From: a virus
DNA: 64,000 bases
Direction: 5' to 3' (one strand)
Virus record (IMG/VR): IMGVR_UViG_3300009149_000022
Location: 1-64,000 of that record
Position numbers and translations under genes: made by a program. Below are positions 1-9,491 of this stretch, piece by piece (positions within the stretch are counted from its first letter, which is position 1; each line of letters opens with the position of its first letter). The notes beneath the pieces were generated by a model, which saw nothing but the letters and a program-made list of their open reading frames with translations, did not search any database and was not told the origin of the DNA.

Positions 1-200
1 GAATCCAAGGAGCAACAGGTCCACAAGGAATACAGGGAATACAAGGTGCAACAGGATCAACAGGTCCACAAGGAATCCAAGGAGCAACAGGTCTACAAGG
101 AATCCAAGGAGCAACAGGACCACAAGGAATCCAAGGAGCAACAGGACCACAAGGAATCCAAGGAGCTACAGGATTACAAGGTGCTACAGGACCTGGTGCA
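1..200 (+). repeat. Collagen-like G-X-Y tandem repeat (GAT/GPQ/GIQ/GLQ)
   Basis: Repeated ggagcaacaggaccacaaggaatccaa units; a second tract lies at about 561-700. Confidence 0.95.
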
Positions 201-2072
201 GTAGGTACTAGTGAATATTACGAAACTGTATGGGCAGAAGAAAATGGTAACTTGAGTAATAACAGTAGAGAGTGGAGCTTCGGTAACGGTGCAGAGGGAG
301 ATGCTAATATAACTGCAATGTATCCAGCAGAAATAACTAAAGCGTTTATATCATCCGAAACTGCTGGTACTAGTGTAACAATTGATATACTAATAAATAA
401 TGTCTCAGCAGGAACTGCATCGTTTACTGGAGATGGGATATTTATATTTCCTTCTCCAATTACAGTATTAGAAGGTGATGAGATTGGATTTGAAACAAAT
501 ACAGTTGTTGGTATATATGCAGATTGTAGAGTAGGTATTGCGCTAATGCGAGAAGTAGAAGGTGTTAGAGGTGCTACAGGACCACAAGGAATTCAAGGTG
601 CTACAGGACTACAAGGTGCTACAGGACCACAAGGAATTCAAGGTGCTACAGGACTACAAGGTGCTACTGGACCACAAGGAATTCAAGGTGAACCGGGTGA
701 TAGGGTTCTTTTTTATAGAGCAATTTCATCATCTACCCAAAATTTGAATGTAAATGGTGTTCAACTATTCCCTTTTGGTATCGAAGAAATTAATGAAGAT
801 TCTTCTTTTTTTACCACAACAACAAATGGTGTAATTATAGAAAAAGATGCTTCTGCTGTTCTTAGGGTTGTTATTGTTGCCCAAGATATTTCAGGAACAA
901 ATTCAAGATTGCAAGTTTCTTGTAAATTTAGATTAGACGGGGTTGCAATTGGCACACAAGATTTTCAAATGTATTTAAGAGACGCAGGCAATAATTTAAT
1001 AAGTTCTATGAAAAACGATTTATATGTTCCAGCAATATCAGCTGGTTCAGAAATAACAGTAGAAGTAGAAAAAATAGCAGGGGCTTTAGGTGGTAATACT
1101 CAAGCAAGAATTGCAGATACTTTTCTTAGAATAGAACTTTATGATAAGGTAGTAGGAGATGTACCTAATATAATAGTTCCTACTAATGGTGAATTAATAG
1201 AGTTTGAAAATGGTATAAGTGGTAGTTATCAAGCATTTGCAGTAGATAACCCACTAACTTGGCAAATTTCACCTGGTGTTACTGGGGTATCTATAAATTC
1301 TGGTGGTTTGATTGAATATGACGGTACTAGTAACGTAAGTAGTAATACAGTAACATTATCAGCTATAAATGCATTAGGTCAAGATGATATAACTATTAAT
1401 ATTGATATTATATCAAACCCATTCGAATTAACTGGATATTCAGGACATTGGAGAGCACAAGATTTATCACTTTCAGATGGTCAATCTATATCATCTTTAG
1501 ATGATATTTCAGGTAATAGTAATAACCTTAGTAACAATGTTGTAGTTGAGCAACCAATTTATAGTGTTAATAATAACGGTACCAGTTCGATAACTTTTGA
1601 TGGTATTAATGATAATTTGTTCAATGATTCAATATTCATACCAAGTACCACACAATGTATGATTTTAGTTGCAAATACCACAGATAGTAATAATGTAATG
1701 TTTTCATTTGGTGATGGTAATAATAGAGGAACAATGTCAATAGATAATCAAAATGATTACAGAGGTAGTTTTAATGGTACTTTGAATAGTGGAAATGATA
1801 TAGCAGGAACTTTTAATGATGGTAATAATCATTTATTCGTTTTATATCATACCGGAACGACTATCTTTTTAAGAGCAGATGGAACATTAACTAATAATTA
1901 CTTACAGGCAACTTCCGGTATCAATATTACAAATTTCACACTAGGTTCTGCCGCAAATAGTACTGATTTTATGCAAGTAAATATAAAAGAAGCTGTTATA
2001 TATACAACGGTACCCTCATTGACCGAAATACAAACAATAGAAAATTTATTACTAACAAAGTATGGAATATAA
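1..2072 (+). CDS. Collagen-like tail fibre/adhesin with C-terminal LamG/concanavalin-like domain (5' end lies before the window)
   Basis: Frame is open from base 3 (IQGATGPQGIQG...) into the listed ORF 252..2072. Two G-X-Y tracts; C-terminal WRAQDL...FDGINDNL...IKEAVIY...LLTKYGI is typical of LamG-like fibre tips. Confidence 0.75.
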   Translation, partial: IQGATGPQGIQGIQGATGSTGPQGIQGATGLQGIQGATGPQGIQGATGPQGIQGATGLQGATGPGAVGTSEYYETVWAEENGNLSNNSREWSFGNGAEGDANITAMYPAEITKAFISSETAGTSVTIDILINNVSAGTASFTGDGIFIFPSPITVLEGDEIGFETNTVVGIYADCRVGIALMREVEGVRGATGPQGIQGATGLQGATGPQGIQGATGLQGATGPQGIQGEPGDRVLFYRAISSSTQNLNVNGVQLFPFGIEEINEDSSFFTTTTNGVIIEKDASAVLRVVIVAQDISGTNSRLQVSCKFRLDGVAIGTQDFQMYLRDAGNNLISSMKNDLYVPAISAGSEITVEVEKIAGALGGNTQARIADTFLRIELYDKVVGDVPNIIVPTNGELIEFENGISGSYQAFAVDNPLTWQISPGVTGVSINSGGLIEYDGTSNVSSNTVTLSAINALGQDDITINIDIISNPFELTGYSGHWRAQDLSLSDGQSISSLDDISGNSNNLSNNVVVEQPIYSVNNNGTSSITFDGINDNLFNDSIFIPSTTQCMILVANTTDSNNVMFSFGDGNNRGTMSIDNQNDYRGSFNGTLNSGNDIAGTFNDGNNHLFVLYHTGTTIFLRADGTLTNNYLQATSGINITNFTLGSAANSTDFMQVNIKEAVIYTTVPSLTEIQTIENLLLTKYGI

Positions 2073-3024
2073 AAAATATCTAATTTTCGAAAACCTTGAA
2101 AACTGCCAAAATTATTTGTTTAATTTAAACAGCAATCTACACAATTTAGGTGTTATTGATATTAAAGACTCTTGGGATATACCTAGAAAAGTTGGTATAA
2201 ACACAAATACTTTTTCTAAAAGGTATTGGATATATTCACCTAAAGAAGAATATATTACACTAGGTGATAGGTCATTAGTTTCAGAAATGATAGATTCACC
2301 TATTCCTAGTGATTTAACTGAAAATATTTTCAAAATATACAATTTCGTGAATGGGGATGCTGATAATAGAATAGATAATTATTTTCGTGATCCTATTTCA
2401 TTAGAATATAAAAAAGATGTTAATATACGGTTCCCAACAGAAGAAATCTTTGATGTTTATGGTAATCTAATAACTATTAATTACTATGAATCTGTCAATA
2501 TTGACATAAACCCTTTGGGTATTAAAACAACAACATATATCAATAAAATTTTGACGGTTTCTGTAAATTACGTATACGGTGATGACGGTTATTTGAATTA
2601 TAGGGATATAACAAGAGAATGGTATTTACTAGATGATACAATTGGGTGTAGTATTACAAAGAGAAAATTTTATACTAATAATCAAGCCAAGAAAGCGGGT
2701 GAAAGAAGGAGAAAAAACATACAGAATATATTAGAGACAAAAGTAGGTACTGCACTTTTTTTAAAAAAAGGATCACCATTAGTTGGTGGCGATGGTACTT
2801 TTAATACGGTTGCAGAAGCAGATACTTATGGAAAACCTCTATTAAATGCACTATCTATATATTTTAATAAGTATATTACAAACAACGAACACGATTTACT
2901 ATTGAATGAAATATCTAATATTGACGAAACGACATACGACTGGGTATTAGAAATTGACCCATTTACAAATAAAACAATAAAACAATTATCATATGATATA
3001 ATTCAAGATTCTATATTATTGTAA
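2062..3024 (+). CDS. Hypothetical protein (possibly fibre-associated)
   Basis: 320 aa ORF overlapping the fibre stop codon; no recognised motif. Confidence 0.6.
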   Translation: MEYKKYLIFENLENCQNYLFNLNSNLHNLGVIDIKDSWDIPRKVGINTNTFSKRYWIYSPKEEYITLGDRSLVSEMIDSPIPSDLTENIFKIYNFVNGDADNRIDNYFRDPISLEYKKDVNIRFPTEEIFDVYGNLITINYYESVNIDINPLGIKTTTYINKILTVSVNYVYGDDGYLNYRDITREWYLLDDTIGCSITKRKFYTNNQAKKAGERRRKNIQNILETKVGTALFLKKGSPLVGGDGTFNTVAEADTYGKPLLNALSIYFNKYITNNEHDLLLNEISNIDETTYDWVLEIDPFTNKTIKQLSYDIIQDSILL

Positions 3025-3058
3025 ACGATTAAATAACTTATAAAAAAATTAACTCAAC

Positions 3059-3673
3059 ATGAAAAAAATAACCGAAATTATAAACGAGGCTGAAAAGTCT
3101 AAAAAACAAAAAGAATATCAAGATTTTTTTGATAAAAAGTTGAAAAAATATGGTGTTGAATCCCCCGCTCAATTGTCTGACGAAGATAAGAAAAAGTTCT
3201 TTAACGAAGTAGACAAAGAATGGACGGGTGAAAAGGTAGACGAAAAAATAGTAGAAGATGATTTTGATTCCGAGGCAGACGAAGAATCTGAAATCCTGAA
3301 AGATGACGAAGATGACGAAGATGACGAAGATGACGAAGATGACGATGATGAAGAAGATGAAGAAGATGAAGAACATGACGATGATGAAGAAGATGAAGAT
3401 GACGAAGATGACGATGATGAAGAAGATGACGATGATGAAGAAGAAATTGATGAATCATTGAATGAGGCTGCATCTATGGATAATAAATCAGTAGATAATA
3501 TTGTTAGTGAACTTATAAAATTCAAAAACACACCAGGTGCCTTTGGTCAATTAGTAATGGATATTGTAGAAAGAATATACGACAAAAGTGATGACAAAGA
3601 ACTTACAGTGGCAGTAATTAACAACGCCGTTAAAAACTTATCACAAGTCAGTAAAGAACTTAACAAAAGGTAG
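3059..3673 (+). CDS. Highly acidic putative internal head/prohead core protein
   Basis: Preceded by GATTAAATA (3027-3035). N-terminus MKKITEIINE resembles a capsid-targeting peptide; ~48-residue D/E tract. Confidence 0.6.
   Translation: MKKITEIINEAEKSKKQKEYQDFFDKKLKKYGVESPAQLSDEDKKKFFNEVDKEWTGEKVDEKIVEDDFDSEADEESEILKDDEDDEDDEDDEDDDDEEDEEDEEHDDDEEDEDDEDDDDEEDDDDEEEIDESLNEAASMDNKSVDNIVSELIKFKNTPGAFGQLVMDIVERIYDKSDDKELTVAVINNAVKNLSQVSKELNKR
3302..3445 (+). repeat. Low-complexity GAT/GAC/GAA repeat encoding a poly-Asp/Glu tract
   Basis: Seen directly in the sequence. Confidence 0.95.
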
Positions 3674-3696
3674 TTCATATAAATAATGTACAACAC

Positions 3697-3729
3697 AAAA
3701 GGAATCTCAAAAAAAAGATTCCTTTTTTT
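3697..3729 (+). terminator. Rho-independent terminator
   Basis: aaaaggaatct/agattcctttt inverted repeat followed by a T run. Confidence 0.75.
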
Positions 3730-3754
3730 GTTGATTAAATAATAAAACAGGTGA

Positions 3755-4732
3755 ATGATTATGAAACACTTATATGAAGGCGGCAAAGCAGTTTCAAATG
3801 TAATGCCAATAAAAGCAGAAGACACAATACCAACACTAAAAGACATAGATAAAAAAATATTAACTAGATTTTTAAAACTTAAAAATAAAGATTGGGCAGC
3901 ATTGGGTTCTACTGGTAAAAAACTACCGGGACAAACTAGTGGTGATATAGATATTGCTATTGATATTAATACTATTGCAAAAAATTATAAAATACCAATT
4001 GATGAGGTTGGTAAAAAAATATTTGATTTATTAGATGCTGCATATCCTAAATTAGATAAAGTTTTTATGAAGGGTTTAGGTATAATTTCAATAGCGTATC
4101 CAGTTAAAGGTAGTAGTGGAAATGTTCAAGTCGATTTAATGTTACAAGACAATATTGATTTTGCTAGATGGATGTTTCACTCACCGGATTTCACTAAACA
4201 AGAATCGGAATTTAAAGGTATTTATAGAACCGAATTATTAAAATCTATTGGTAATGCCGTAACAATTCCTGATATGACAGAATATTGGGAAGATGAATTC
4301 GAAGGTCAATATAAAGGAGAAATCAAGAAATTGGGTAGAATTATGTTAGACCCAAACAATGGTTACAAAAAACAAATAAAGTCGTTTGTAGGTAAAACAG
4401 GTAAACCGGTTAAGACGGGTAAAAGTGAATGGGAAGAATTTATAAGTAAAGACCCGGTAATGATTACAAAATCATTACTTGGTGTTGATGCATCTATAAA
4501 AGATACTAATTCATTCGAAACTGTTTGGAAAGCAATGCAACACAAAAATTTCCCTTGGAAAAAACATATTCCACAAATAGTTTCTTATTTTGTTGATATT
4601 CTAAGTAGAAAGGGGTTACCAATTCCAAGTCAATTAGGAATAAAAGAACAGAATGTAATATCTAAATCTAGTATGAAAAAATTCAAAGAAATCATAAAAT
4701 CAAAAAAATTCAAATCAAATGACATTAACTAA
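3755..4732 (+). CDS. Pol-beta superfamily nucleotidyltransferase-like protein (start possibly 3761)
   Basis: LGSTGKK...SGDIDIAID (GS...DxD) with a third Asp in VQVDLM. Confidence 0.75.
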   Translation: MIMKHLYEGGKAVSNVMPIKAEDTIPTLKDIDKKILTRFLKLKNKDWAALGSTGKKLPGQTSGDIDIAIDINTIAKNYKIPIDEVGKKIFDLLDAAYPKLDKVFMKGLGIISIAYPVKGSSGNVQVDLMLQDNIDFARWMFHSPDFTKQESEFKGIYRTELLKSIGNAVTIPDMTEYWEDEFEGQYKGEIKKLGRIMLDPNNGYKKQIKSFVGKTGKPVKTGKSEWEEFISKDPVMITKSLLGVDASIKDTNSFETVWKAMQHKNFPWKKHIPQIVSYFVDILSRKGLPIPSQLGIKEQNVISKSSMKKFKEIIKSKKFKSNDIN

Positions 4733-4895
4733 AATAACTCTTATAAGTATATTGTTATTTCTAATAGGTATTGGTATACAAACATTAGAAGTAAATAATG
4801 TTGTAAATAACACATCTTTTTTGTATATTCCTTTATATATTATAAGTATTTTAACAGTTCCTTTGTATTCACTTTATCACAAAATAAAAAAATAA
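4719..4895 (+). CDS. Small 58 aa two-helix membrane protein (not in ORF track)
   Basis: Own translation MTLTKITLISILLFLIGIGIQ...FLYIPLYIISILTVPLYSLYHKIKK; it fills the gap between two genes exactly. Confidence 0.6.
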   Translation: MTLTKITLISILLFLIGIGIQTLEVNNVVNNTSFLYIPLYIISILTVPLYSLYHKIKK

Positions 4896-4896
4896 A

Positions 4897-6099
4897 ATGG
4901 CAGGATTACAACACCTATTTGATATTTACAATAAACAAGGGAAAGAATTCATCACAGATTTATTTAGTAAAGAATTAGTCGTTTCTGAAAAACCCGATGC
5001 GTCAATTTTTTCTGTACAACAAAGGGAAGATGGTACTATCGACTTTTTCAAAAGAGATGATAGACAACCAATTTCTGCATTAGATAGAACGATAATATCA
5101 CTATACGAACCACCTATAGAATATTTCGAAAAGAAAATAGGCAATAAAAAACTACCACATAATCTTAGATTCGGTTTCGAATACTTTCAAAACACAAACC
5201 CCGTGGCCATTTCATATGATCGTTTACCTAAAAATGGACTAGTGTTAACACATATGAAAGAACTAGATAATAAAGGTAAAGTTAAAAAATTTATAGATGA
5301 TCCAAAAACACTAATCAAATGGTCCAAATATTTTGATGTCGAAGAACCTTTTATAATTTTTGATGGAAAACTCAGTGAACTTCAAAAACAACAATTAGAA
5401 GAGTTTTTAAAAACACCATTTGAAGAATTAGTTTCTAAATTTCAAACATCTTCTTTTACGAAATATATTATATCTATATTAAACCCCAAATTAAAGAAAA
5501 CCGCGTTAAACAATACAATAGATAAACCAATAGAAGGTTTAGTATTTAAGTTTAATGATGGTGAATATTTAGCAAAGGTTGTAGACCCCTTGTTTACACA
5601 AATGTCTAGAACCAAAGCAATGGAAAGAAAAGAAAACAATAGTAGTTCAGATGAGTTTGCGTTGGTTTTATACACTTTTATCAATTGGGTAGAAGAACAC
5701 GACATTTTTAAAAACATGATTGCTGATGGTAAAAACGAAGACGAAAAATACGTAGATTTGATGACAAGAACATCAAAAAAATTCATTGATGAAAATAAAA
5801 TCTTTTTAAAGGGATTAAACATAAAAAAACCAGATTTTGCAAAAGCACCAGAATTTGCATTAAATACTAAATTGATAAGGAGTCGAGATGTAATCGACTT
5901 TATTAAAAAAAATAAAGAATACGAAGAAGTTTTTAAAATTTTACTTTCTGGTTTCAAGAAAACTAGAAAGAGAAAAACCAACATGATTGATGATAACTTG
6001 AAAAATCAAATAAATGGTGTTGTTAATCAAATTAAAAACATCACATTAAAAACAAACGAAACATTCCTTTCTTTTAAAGATTGGAAAAAAATGCTATAA
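4897..6099 (+). CDS. ATP-dependent ligase/covalent nucleotidyltransferase-fold protein (RNA ligase-like)
   Basis: Motif I-like SEKPDAS, III-like FGFEYF, IV IEGLVFK, V LAKVVD, in the correct order. Confidence 0.65.
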   Translation: MAGLQHLFDIYNKQGKEFITDLFSKELVVSEKPDASIFSVQQREDGTIDFFKRDDRQPISALDRTIISLYEPPIEYFEKKIGNKKLPHNLRFGFEYFQNTNPVAISYDRLPKNGLVLTHMKELDNKGKVKKFIDDPKTLIKWSKYFDVEEPFIIFDGKLSELQKQQLEEFLKTPFEELVSKFQTSSFTKYIISILNPKLKKTALNNTIDKPIEGLVFKFNDGEYLAKVVDPLFTQMSRTKAMERKENNSSSDEFALVLYTFINWVEEHDIFKNMIADGKNEDEKYVDLMTRTSKKFIDENKIFLKGLNIKKPDFAKAPEFALNTKLIRSRDVIDFIKKNKEYEEVFKILLSGFKKTRKRKTNMIDDNLKNQINGVVNQIKNITLKTNETFLSFKDWKKML

Positions 6100-6120
6100 A
6101 CTAAAAATAATATATATATC

Positions 6121-6369
6121 ATGTCAGAAAATAAAAAAGAAATAAAAGAAAAAGAAGAAATTAAAGTAGTGGATGAAGTAATAATTGAAGAGTCTGTTGT
6201 AGAAAAAAACATAGAAAAGGTTTCTGAATCCAAAGAAAAAAAGTCAAAGAAGTCTAGTAACAAAAAAGAAATAGTTAACTTAACACACGATTTAGTAACA
6301 TATTCAGATGGTAGTACTGAAAAGATAACGACAAGAAAACAACATTCAGATTTAAGAAACAAAAGATAA
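6121..6369 (+). CDS. Hypothetical K/E-rich protein
   Basis: 82 aa ORF followed by a terminator hairpin (6386-6417). Confidence 0.55.
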   Translation: MSENKKEIKEKEEIKVVDEVIIEESVVEKNIEKVSESKEKKSKKSSNKKEIVNLTHDLVTYSDGSTEKITTRKQHSDLRNKR

Positions 6370-6449
6370 ATTAAAACTTTTAAGGAAAAGAGGAATTCAT
6401 AAATGTTCCTCTTTTTTGTTTTTATTAAATAAGAAAACATCTGAACACA

Positions 6450-8315
6450 ATGGCAAATGAAGATTTAACAAGAAAAGATATAATAAGTGAACTTAAAAAC
6501 ATGGAATCAGAAAACGATCAATCTAATTTAGAACCTATTAATGTAATAATAGGCAGATTTACACCATTTACTATTGGACATCTTAGTATGGCCAAAGAAT
6601 TGAAAAAGATCAACGACCTTGATTCGGTGTACATATATATAAGAAGTAAAAGTGGTAAAAACTCTAAATTCAGTGACCGATTAGTCACAAACTATATGAC
6701 AGATGTAGTTCAAAAACAAGATTTAGTAAGAGATGCTTGGTCAATGACAGCATCATTCATACCAATTATAATAAAAGAAACACAACGAAGGGGATATAAC
6801 CCCATTCTCATAGGTGCTGGTGAAGACAGAGCAAAATCATATGAAAATATGGCAAAAAGAATGAAAGATATACAAGTAGATCCAGAATTTAAAATACAAG
6901 AACTTAAAGGTAGGATAACGTCAGCGACCGAAGTTAGACAAGCTATAATGGATGATGACAAGAAAAAGTTTATGAAACTTACACCTAAAGAAATTCATCC
7001 ATACTATAAGCAATTACAAGACGAATTAGAAAAATTGAACACTATGATAGAATCAATAAGCGTCGTTGATATAATGGATGGAATAGACCTTACTGTTGAA
7101 GAAGTTGAAAGTATTTTAGAAAGTAATGATGAAGATTTCTTTTCGCATCCCATTATTGTAGAAAGTATTTTAGAACAAGAAATAGAAAATAAAAAAAATG
7201 AGATGAAATTAAACGAAAAAGAGGAAAGTGTGTTATTAGTAATGCCATCAACCTTGACCGATTTAAAAAACTTCAAAAAATGGTTAGATAATTCTGATTT
7301 CTATGCTGAAGACTACGGTGATTATTTTGTGTTTCAAGAAGAAAATATAGATTCTTTGGAAAAGACTATAGAAAAAGAATTATCTAAAAAGAAAATATCC
7401 GTTAGATATGAAATACAAGAAAGTTTTAAAGAAATTATAGAATCTGTTAAATTATCTAGTGATGCTAAGAAATTCATTAAAGCAATGCAAAAAATTAAAT
7501 TAGATAAAGATTTTGCAAAATCATGGATGCCGGGACACAAATATATTTACACTGATGGTACAAAATATTACTTTATTGATTCTGATGGTGACACTATGGA
7601 ATTGAAAAATACAGAAACTTTAAAACATTTGAAAAAGACTTTTGAAAATGTAAATGAAGATCTTTTCGAAAATCCTGAATTTTTACCTAAAAAGGTACAA
7701 GACCTTATTTATGATATGGGTGATGGTACATATGACTATAGGGATTTGAGAAAGTTACAAAAAAAGTTAGAAAAATTAGGATATACGTTTGATTATGGGT
7801 TAGATGCACAACCATATGATTTAAGAAAAATAGATGAAAACTTAGAAGATATAGATTTAGAAAAAATAGTAGAAATTACTAAATTGTCTATGTCCGTTGC
7901 ACACACAAGTGTTTTTGAAAAGGCTTTACAATTTAGAAAATGTGAAATAACATATGAGGATTTACAAGATAAAACAGAAACAAATGTTGTTTCCTTTTTG
8001 GCTAAATTTAACGAAAGTAAATTATTAGACTTTAAAAACTATATAACTGAAATGACGGTTAGTCCAGAATATGGTGCTAAAATTGATAATGCATTATTAC
8101 TATTAGTGAATAGTAATAAACCTATTGTTTGGGAAGATTTTAAATCTTATATGATTAGAACAGAATTCTTTAAGAAAGAATTTAAACCCTTTTTGATGAT
8201 GCAAGGATTATCTGATTATCAAATTGATAGATTTGTTGAAAACATACTTAGGGTTAAGTATCAACACTATACAAATTATTTCAAGGGTACAATCTCGTTG
8301 GAATATACAAAATAA
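6450..8315 (+). CDS. HIGH-class cytidylyltransferase/NMNAT-like domain plus a long modular C-terminal tail
   Basis: GRFTPFTIGH, GEDR and SATEVR motifs; tail rich in I/L/V-x-E sites. Confidence 0.75.
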   Translation: MANEDLTRKDIISELKNMESENDQSNLEPINVIIGRFTPFTIGHLSMAKELKKINDLDSVYIYIRSKSGKNSKFSDRLVTNYMTDVVQKQDLVRDAWSMTASFIPIIIKETQRRGYNPILIGAGEDRAKSYENMAKRMKDIQVDPEFKIQELKGRITSATEVRQAIMDDDKKKFMKLTPKEIHPYYKQLQDELEKLNTMIESISVVDIMDGIDLTVEEVESILESNDEDFFSHPIIVESILEQEIENKKNEMKLNEKEESVLLVMPSTLTDLKNFKKWLDNSDFYAEDYGDYFVFQEENIDSLEKTIEKELSKKKISVRYEIQESFKEIIESVKLSSDAKKFIKAMQKIKLDKDFAKSWMPGHKYIYTDGTKYYFIDSDGDTMELKNTETLKHLKKTFENVNEDLFENPEFLPKKVQDLIYDMGDGTYDYRDLRKLQKKLEKLGYTFDYGLDAQPYDLRKIDENLEDIDLEKIVEITKLSMSVAHTSVFEKALQFRKCEITYEDLQDKTETNVVSFLAKFNESKLLDFKNYITEMTVSPEYGAKIDNALLLLVNSNKPIVWEDFKSYMIRTEFFKKEFKPFLMMQGLSDYQIDRFVENILRVKYQHYTNYFKGTISLEYTK

Positions 8316-8325
8316 ACAAAAAAAT

Positions 8326-8352
8326 AAAAGGGAATCAAAGGATTCCCTTTTT
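8326..8352. terminator. Bidirectional terminator between convergent genes
   Basis: aaaagggaatc-aaag-gattcccttttt. Confidence 0.75.
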
Positions 8353-9176
8353 TAATACCAAGGTTTACCACCTTTCTTTAATTTTTCTTTTAGTTCATCT
8401 GTAGGTCTACCCCAAGATTCATCATTTAACATTTCCCTAACAATTTCCCTAAATTCATCACCCGCACCATAAGTTACCTTATGTTTTTCTGATGATGTCA
8501 TATCAGCATCTTTAGTTGTTGTTCCTTCTAAATCATTATGGTGTTGAACAATAGATGTTCCTACGAATATGTGTGGTATTTTATTGTGTTGTAATGCAAC
8601 TGAATACCAATTGTCACAAAACCAAAATTTTATACGTTCTTCTAAACCACCTATTTTTTCTATTACGTTTCTGGATTGAAATAGACACCACCCTGCTATG
8701 TGTTGTCGTACACCGTATCCAACTATTATTTGACCTAGACGTTCTTTGTGCCAAGATTCAATTGGGTTTGCTGGTGATGCTGATACATACTCCCATCCTT
8801 TGGGGTCATGTTGTCTTTGTACGTGTATCAATGCCAATATTTCACTTGCCCAATGTTTATTGAAAACTAAATCATTATTACATAAACATGTCCATTTCGC
8901 ATTACCTACATTTAAACCTATGTTTAAGTATGTGTGATAACCAAATTCAACATCGGTACATATAGTTGTGATATTATGACCATTTGTGTCGATATGATTA
9001 TAAGAAGTTTCTTTGTCACTTTCTACAACTACTATGTTAAATTTTATCTTTTCCGAAGATTCACTATTACAAAGTGAATCTAAACATTTCAAAGTTTCTT
9101 TGTGTAGTTTTTCGTTTTTGGCCCAAGATATTATAACTATATCAATTTCAATGGGTTTTAAATAATTTATTGACAT
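8352..9176 (-). CDS. Glycosyltransferase family 2 (start re-assigned to MSINYLKP)
   Basis: IDIVIISW, VVVES, LNIGL, CNNDLVF, WFCDNW motifs. The longer ORF start overlaps the divergent promoter region. Confidence 0.75.
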   Translation of the reverse strand: MSINYLKPIEIDIVIISWAKNEKLHKETLKCLDSLCNSESSEKIKFNIVVVESDKETSYNHIDTNGHNITTICTDVEFGYHTYLNIGLNVGNAKWTCLCNNDLVFNKHWASEILALIHVQRQHDPKGWEYVSASPANPIESWHKERLGQIIVGYGVRQHIAGWCLFQSRNVIEKIGGLEERIKFWFCDNWYSVALQHNKIPHIFVGTSIVQHHNDLEGTTTKDADMTSSEKHKVTYGAGDEFREIVREMLNDESWGRPTDELKEKLKKGGKPWY

Positions 9177-9213
9177 TTTTGATGAGATTAAAATAAAGGA
9201 ATTGTCTTTGTTA

Positions 9214-9227
9214 TTTAATAGGTATAA
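9214..9227 (+). promoter_or_regulatory. Putative early/middle promoter TTTAATWAGTATAA (near-identical copies at 17627, 32806, 55277, 58629)
   Basis: The same 14-mer with at most one mismatch lies 10-24 nt upstream of five replication/metabolism operons. Confidence 0.65.
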
Positions 9228-9242
9228 ATAATCAATTATTTT

Positions 9243-9491
9243 ATGGACATAAGAATAAACAACATTCTTGACTTGCAATTAGTAAATGATGATGTGTCTA
9301 CGTTTGTCAATGTTTTTGGTGTCCTAAAGACAGCAATAGAAAAACAAGGTGAAAAGGTAGGGTTTAAGAAGAATGGAACAATTACTATTGAGTTATCAGA
9401 AGATCAATTAGAATTTGTTATGTCAGTATGTGAAAATATTGGTATAGTATCAGATGTTGATTCTAGTGACACAGAAGTAGATAAATTATGA
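9243..9491 (+). CDS. Hypothetical protein
   Basis: 82 aa ORF translationally coupled to the polymerase gene. Confidence 0.55.
   Translation: MDIRINNILDLQLVNDDVSTFVNVFGVLKTAIEKQGEKVGFKKNGTITIELSEDQLEFVMSVCENIGIVSDVDSSDTEVDKL

Noticed and set aside
3038-3531. Antisense poly-Ser, His-rich and hydrophobic ORFs
   Set aside because: Shadows of the GAT/GAA repeat on the opposite strand.
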